A DNA stretch of 64,000 nt, taken from assembly GCA_964016885.1 (NCBI GenBank), contig OZ024765.1, forward strand, positions 1,054,001 to 1,118,000, read 5' to 3'. Shown in pieces: positions 55,101 to 64,000 of the stretch; positions within the stretch are counted from its first letter, which is position 1; each line of letters opens with the position of its first letter. Source of the DNA: Eledone cirrhosa. Its lineage: Eukaryota. The translations under genes and the position numbers were made by a program. Below the pieces are notes generated by a model. It did no database searches. It worked only from the letters and a program-made list of their open reading frames with translations, and was not told the origin of the DNA.

Positions 55101-58100
55101 TACTCTCATGGAATGACCAAATGAGGTTTATTTTTCAACATGCAAGATTTCACAGCTCTAGCGTTACTCCTTCATAGGCTGACCAAGATATTCTCATGGA
55201 ATGACCAAATGAGGTTTATTTTTCAACATGCAAGATTTCACAGCTCTAGCATCACTCCTTCATAGGCGGATCAAGATAATCTCATGGAATGACCAAATGA
55301 GGTTTATTTTTCAACATGCAAGATTTCATAGCTCTAGCATCACTCCTTCATAGGCTGACCAAGATACTCTCTTGGAATGACCAAATGAGGTTTATTTTTC
55401 AACATGCAAGATTTCACAGCTCTAGCGTTACTCCTTCATAGGCTGACCAAGATACTCTCATGGAATGACCAAATGAGGTTTATTTTTCAACATGCAAGAT
55501 TTCACAGCTCTAGCATCACTCCTTCATAGGCGGATCAAGATAATCTCATGGAATGACCAAATGAGGTTTATTTTTCAACATGCAAGATTTCATAGCTCTA
55601 GCATCACTCCTTCATACGCTGACCAAGATACTCTCATGGAATGACCAAATGAGGTTTATTTTTCAACATGCAAGATTTCACAGCTCTAGCGTTAATCCTT
55701 CATAGGCTGACCAAGATATTCTCATGGAATGACCAAATGAGGTTTATTTTTCAACATGCAAGATTTCACAGCTCTAGCATCACTCCTTCATAGGCGGATC
55801 AAGATAATCTCATGGAATGACCAAATGAGGTTTATTTTTCAACATGCAAGATTTCATAGCTCTAGCCTCACTCCTTCATAGGCTGACCAAGATACTCTCA
55901 TGGAATGACCAAATGAGGTTTATTTTTCAACATGCAAGATTTCACAGCTCTAGCGTTACTCCTTCATAGGCTGACCAAAATACTCTCATGGAATGACCAA
56001 ATGAGGTTTATTTTTCAACATGCAAGATTTCACAGCTCTTGCATCACTCCTTCATAGGCTAACCAAGATACTCTCATGGAATGACCACATGGGGTTTATT
56101 TTTCAACATGCAAGCTTTCACAGCCCTAGCATCACTCTTTCATAGGCTGACCAAGATAGTCTCTTGGAGTGACTAAATTAGGTTTATTTTTCAACATGCA
56201 ATATTTCACAGCTCTAGCATCACTCCTTCATAGGCTGACCAAGATACTCTCATGGAATGACCAAATAAGGTTTATTTTTCAACATGCAAGTTTTCACAGC
56301 TCTAGCATCACTCCTTCATAGGCTGACCAAGATACTCTCATGGAATGACCAAATTAGGTTTTTTTTTCGACATGCAAGATTTCACGGCTCTAGCGTCACT
56401 CCTTCATAAGCTGACCAAGATACTCTCATGGAATGACCAAATGAGGTTTATTTTTCAACATGCAAGATTTCACAGCTCTAGCATTACTCCTTCATAGGCG
56501 GATCAAGATAATCTCATGGAATGACCAAATGAGGTTTATTTTTCAACATGCAAGATTTCACAGCTCTAGCATCACTCCTTCATAGGCGGATCAAGATAAT
56601 CTCATGGAATGACCAAATGAGGTTTATTTTTCAACATGCAAGATTTCATAGCTCTAGCATCAATCCTTCATAGGCTGACCAAGTTACTCTCATGGAATGA
56701 CCAAATGAGGTTTATTTTTCAACATGCAAGATTTCACAGCTCTAGCGTTACTCCTTCATAGGCTGACCAAGATACTCTCATGGAATGACCAAATGAGGTT
56801 TATTTTTCAACATGCAAGATTTCACAGCTCTAGCATCACTCCTTCATAGGCGGATCAAGATAATCTCATGGAATGACCAAATGAGGTTTATTTTTCAACA
56901 TGCAAGATTTCATAGCTCTAGCATCACTCCTTCATAGGCTGACCAAGATACTCTCATGGAATGACCAAATGAGGTTTATTTTTCAACATGCAAGATTTCA
57001 CAGCTCTAGCATTACTCCTTCATAGGCGGATCAAGATAATCTCATGGAATGACCAAATGAGGTTTATTTTTCAACATGCAAGATTTCACAGCTCTAGCAT
57101 CACTCCTTCATAGGCGGATCAAGATAATCTCATGGAATGACCAAATGAGGTTTATTTTTCAACATGCAAGATTTCATAGCTCTAGCATCACTCCTTCATA
57201 GGCTGACCAAGATACTCTCATGGAATGACCAAATGAGGTTTATTTTTCAACATGCAAGATTTCACAGCTCTAGCGTTACTCCTTCATAGGCTGACCAAGA
57301 TACTCTCATGGAATGACCAAATGAGGTTTATTTTTCAACATGCAAGATTTCACAGCTCTAGCATCACTCCTTCATAGGCGGATCAAGATAATCTCATGGA
57401 ATGACCAAATGAGGTTTATTTTTCAACATGCAAGATTTCATAGCTCTAGCATCACTCCTTCATACGCTGACCAAGATACTCTCATGGAATGACCAAATGA
57501 GGTTTATTTTTCAACATGCAAGATTTCACAGCTCTAGCGTTAATCCTTCATAGGCTGACCAAGATATTCTCATGGAATGACCAAATGAGGTTTATTTTTC
57601 AACATGCAAGATTTCACAGCTCTAGCATCACTCCTTCATAGGCGGATCAAGATAATCTCATGGAATGACCAAATGAGGTTTATTTTTCAACATGCAAGAT
57701 TTCATAGCTCTAGCCTCACTCCTTCATAGGCTGACCAAGATACTCTCATGGAATGACCAAATGAGGTTTATTTTTCAACATGCAAGATTTCACAGCTCTA
57801 GCGTTACTCCTTCATAGGCTGACCAAAATACTCTCATGGAATGACCAAATGAGGTTTATTTTTCAACATGCAAGATTTCACAGCTCTTGCATCACTCCTT
57901 CATAGGCTAACCAAGATACTCTCATGGAATGACCACATGGGGTTTATTTTTCAAAATGCAAGCTTTCACAGCCCTAGCATCACTCTTTCATAGGCTGACC
58001 AAGATAGTCTCTTGGAGTGACTAAATTAGGTTTATTTTTCAACATGCAATATTTCACAGCTCTAGCATCACTCCTTCATAGGCTGACCAAGATACTCTCA

Positions 58101-61100
58101 TGGAATGACCAAATAAGGTTTATTTTTCAACATGCAAGTTTTCACAGCTCTAGCATCACTCCTTCATAGGCTGACCAAGATACTCTCATGGAATGACCGA
58201 ATGAGGTTTATTTTTCAACATGCAAGATTTCACAGCTCTAGCGTTACTCCTTCATAGGCTGACCAAGATACTCTCATGGAATGACCAAATGAGGTTTATT
58301 TTTCAACATACAAGATTTCACAGCTCTAGCATCACTCCTTCATAGCCTGAACAAGATACTCTCATGGAATGACCAAATTAGGTTTCTTTTTCAACATGCA
58401 AGATTTCACAGCTCTAGCGTTACTCCTTCATAGGCTGACCAAGATACTCTCATGGAATGACCAAATGAGGTTTATTTTTCAACATACAAGATTTCACAGC
58501 TCTAGCATCACTCCTTCATAGCCTGAACAAGATACTCTCATGGAATGACCAAATTAGGTTTATTTTTCAACATGCAAGATTTCACAGCTCTAGCGTTACG
58601 CCTTCATAGGCTGACCAAGATACTCTCATGGAATGACCAAATGAGGTTTATTTTTCACATACAAAATTTCACAGCTCTAGCATCACTCCTTCATAGGCGG
58701 ATCAAGATAATCTCATAGAATGACCAAATGAGGTTTATTTTTCGACATGCAAGATTTCACAGCTCTAACATCACTTCTTCATAGGCTGACCAAGATAATC
58801 TCATGGAATGACCAAATTAGGTTTTTTTTTCGACATGCAAGATTTCACGGCTCTAGCATCACTCCTTCATAAGCTGACCAAGATACTCTCATGGAATGAC
58901 CAAATGAGGTTTATTTTTCAACATGCAAGATTTCACAGCTCTAGCATTACTCCTTCATAGGCGGATCAAGATAATCTCATGGAATGACCAAATGAGGTTT
59001 ATTTTTCAACATGCAAGATTTCACAGCTCTAGCATCACTCCTTCATAGGCGGATCAAGATAATCTCATGGAATGACCAAATGAGGTTTATTTTTCAACAT
59101 GCAAGATTTCATAGCTCTAGCATCACTCCTTCATAGGCTGACCAAGTTACTCTGATGGAATGACCAAATGAGGTTTATTTTTCAACATGCAAGATTTCAC
59201 AGCTCTAGCGTTACTCCTTCATAGGCTGACCAAGATACTCTCATGGAATGACCAAATGATTTTTATTTTTCAACATGCAAGATTTCACAGCTCTAGCATC
59301 ACTCCTTCATAGGCGGATCAAGATAATCTCATGGAATGACCAAATGAGGTTTATTTTTCAACATGCAAGATTTCATAGCTCTAGCATCACTCCTTCATAG
59401 GCTGACCAAGATACTCTCATGGAATGACCAAATGAGGTTTATTTTTCAACATGCAAGATTTCACAGCTCTAGCATTACTCCTTCATAGGCGGATCAAGAT
59501 AATCTCATGGAATGACCAAATGAGGTTTATTTTTCAACATGCAAGATTTCACAGCTCTAGCATCACTCCTTCATAGGCGGATCAAGATAATCTCATGGAA
59601 TGACCAAATGAGGTTTATTTTTCAACATGCAAGATTTCATAGCTCTAGCATCACTCCTTCATAGGCTGACCAAGTTACTCTGATGGAATGACCAAATGAG
59701 GTTTATTTTTCAACATGCAAGATTTCACAGCTCTAGCGTTACTCCTTCATAGGCTGACCAAGATACTCTCAGGGAATGACCACATGGGGTTTATTTTTCA
59801 ACATGCAAGATTTCACAGCCCTAGCATCACTCTTTCATAGGCTGACCAAGATAGTCTCTTGGAGTGACTAAATTAGGTTTATTTTTCAACATGCAATATT
59901 TCACAGCTCTAGCATCACTCCTTCATAGGCTGACCAAGATACTCTCATGGAATGACCAAATAAGGTTTATTTTTCAACATGCAAGTTTTCACAGCTCTAG
60001 CATCACTCCTTCATAGGCTGACCAAGATACTCTCATGGAATGACCAAATGAGGTTTATTTTTCAACATGCAAGATTTCACAGCTCTAGCCTTACTCCTTC
60101 ATAGGCTGACCAAGATACTCTCATGGAATGACCAAATGAGGTTTATTTTCAACATACAAGATTTCACAGCTCTAGCATCACTCCTTCATAGCCTGAACAA
60201 GATACTCTCATGGAATGACCAAATTAGGTTTCTTTTTCAACATGCAAGATTTCACAGCTCTAGCGTTACTCCTTCATAGGCGGACCAAGATACTCTCATG
60301 GAATGACCAAATGAGGTTTATTTTTCAACATACAAGATTTCACAGCTCTAGCATCACTTCTTCATAGCCTGAACAAGATACTCTCATGGAATGACCAAAT
60401 TAGGTTTATTTTTCAACATGCAAGATTTCACAGCTCTAGCGTTACGCCTTCATAGGCTGACCAAGATACTCACATGGAATGACCAAATGAGGTTTATTTT
60501 TCACATACAAGATTTCACAGCTCTAGCATCACTCCTTCATAGGCTGACCAAGATACTCTCATGGAATGACCAAATGAGTTTTATTTTTCGACATGCAAGA
60601 TTTCACAGCTCTAACATCACTTCTTCATAGGCTGACCAAGATAATCTCATGGAATGACCAAATTAGGTTTATTTTTCGACATGCAAGATTTCACAGCTCT
60701 AGCATCACTCCTTCATAAGCTGACCAAGATACTCTCATGGAATGACCAAATGAGGTTTATTTTTCAACATGCAAGATTTCACAGCTCTAGCGTTACTCCT
60801 TCATAGGCTGACCAAGATACTCTCATGGAATGACCAAATGAGGTTTATTTTTCAACATGCAAGATTTCACAGCACTAGCATCACTTCTTCATAGGCGGAT
60901 CAAGATAATCTCATGGAATGACCAAATGAGGTTTATTTTTCAACATGCAAGATTTAATAGCTCTAGCATCACTCCTTCATAGGCTGACCAAGATACTCTC
61001 ATGGAATGACCAAATGAGGTTTATTTTTCAACATGCAAGATTTCACAGCTCTAGCGTTACTCCTTCATACGCTGACCAAGATACTCTCATGGAATGACCA

Positions 61101-61245
61101 AATGAGGTTTATTTTTCACATACAAGATTTCACAGCTCTAGCATCACTCCTTCATAGGCTGACCAAGATACTCTCATGGGATGACCAAATGAGGTTTATT
61201 TTTCAACATGCAAGATTTCACAGCCCTAGCATCACTCCTTCATAG
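52185..61245 (-). repeat. Satellite D array 5, ~103 units, more heterogeneous
   Basis: 88-bp tandem units with more private variants. Confidence 0.95.
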
Positions 61246-63113
<1,868 letters not shown>

Positions 63114-63647
63114 TAGGCTGACCAAGATACTCTCATGGAATGACTAAGTGAGGTTTATTTTTCAACATGCAAGATTTCAGAGCTCTAGCATCACTCCTTC
63201 ATAGGCTGACCAAGATACTCTCATGGAATGAACAAATGAGGTTTATTTTTCAACATGCAAGATTTCACAGCTCTAGCATCACTCTTTCATAGGCTGACCA
63301 AGCTACTCTCATGGAATGAACAAATGAGGTTTATTTTTCAACATGCAAGATTTCACAGCTCTAGCATCACTCCTTCATAGGCTGACCAAGATACTCTCAT
63401 CGAATGAACAAATGAGGTTTATTTTTCAACATGCAAGATTTCACAGCTCTAGCATCAATCCTTCATAGGCTGACCAAGATACTCTCATGGAATGAACAAA
63501 TGAGGTTTATTTTTCAACATGCAAGATTTCACAGCTCTAGCATCACTCTTTCATACGCTGACCAAGATACTCTCATGGAATGAACAAATGAGGTATATTT
63601 TTCAACATGCAAGATTTCACAGCCGTAGCATCACTCCTTCATAGGCT
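63114..63647 (-). repeat. Satellite D array 6, ~6 edge units
   Basis: 88-bp units carrying the private GAATGAACAAATG variant. Confidence 0.93.
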
Positions 63648-64000
63648 ATTTCCATCAAATTAATGAGTTTTATTGCGGTAGAAGGCATTTCTGTATTAAA
63701 TATTGCATATACACTATTATTAAATAGTTCTAGTCCTTTAGGAGCCATTTCTGTATTAAATATGGCATATAATCTTCTAATACCCTCACAATTAATCAAT
63801 TTCAGTCCTGTAAAAGCCATTACTGTAATAAATATTGCATATATACTAATATTTGATTCAAATTGATGAGTTCTAGTCCTTCAGAAGACATTTCTGTATT
63901 AAATATGGCATATAATCTAATAATACCCCTCAAATTAATGAGTTTCACTCCTGTAGAAGCCATTTCTGTATTAAATTTTGCATATACACTACTAATACCC
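63648..64000 (-). repeat. Diverged 61/71-bp family satellite in inverted orientation, runs off the window
   Basis: Reverse complement reads AATAGTGTATATGCAATATTTAATACAGAAATGCCTTCTACCGCAATAAAACTCATTAATTTGATGGAAAT; the minus-strand ORF contains the same YAIFNTEM signature as satellite C. Confidence 0.9.

Overview
AT-rich animal genomic DNA; the ZNF style and repeat families suggest a cephalopod (Octopus-like), which is an inference. Bases 1-3.6 kb hold the end of an intron full of TE fragments, then a terminal exon carrying an intact 21-finger C2H2 zinc-finger CDS (ATG 1235-3046, no effector domain) and its 3' UTR. The remaining ~60 kb is almost all satellite: a degenerate ~41-bp satellite built from 9-12-bp subunits (3.7-8.4 kb), 14 copies of a 61-bp unit, ~185 copies of a related 71-bp unit, a 200-N gap, ~41 kb of an 88-bp satellite interrupted five times by the same ~1.8-kb cassette, and finally a diverged inverted stretch of the 61/71-bp family. 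The main observation is that the 88-bp monomer looks like the amplified interior of an internally deleted mariner element (MITE). It carries both subterminal regions, a transposase-like stop (GTT GAA AAA TAA, VEK*) and the inner part of the right TIR, joined through a 7-bp CTATGAA microhomology. Each cassette preserves the TIRs in a back-to-back palindrome, so the region is a macro-repeat of TIR-bounded satellite blocks. All ORF-track ORFs other than the ZNF and one LINE fragment are repeat or gap artefacts.
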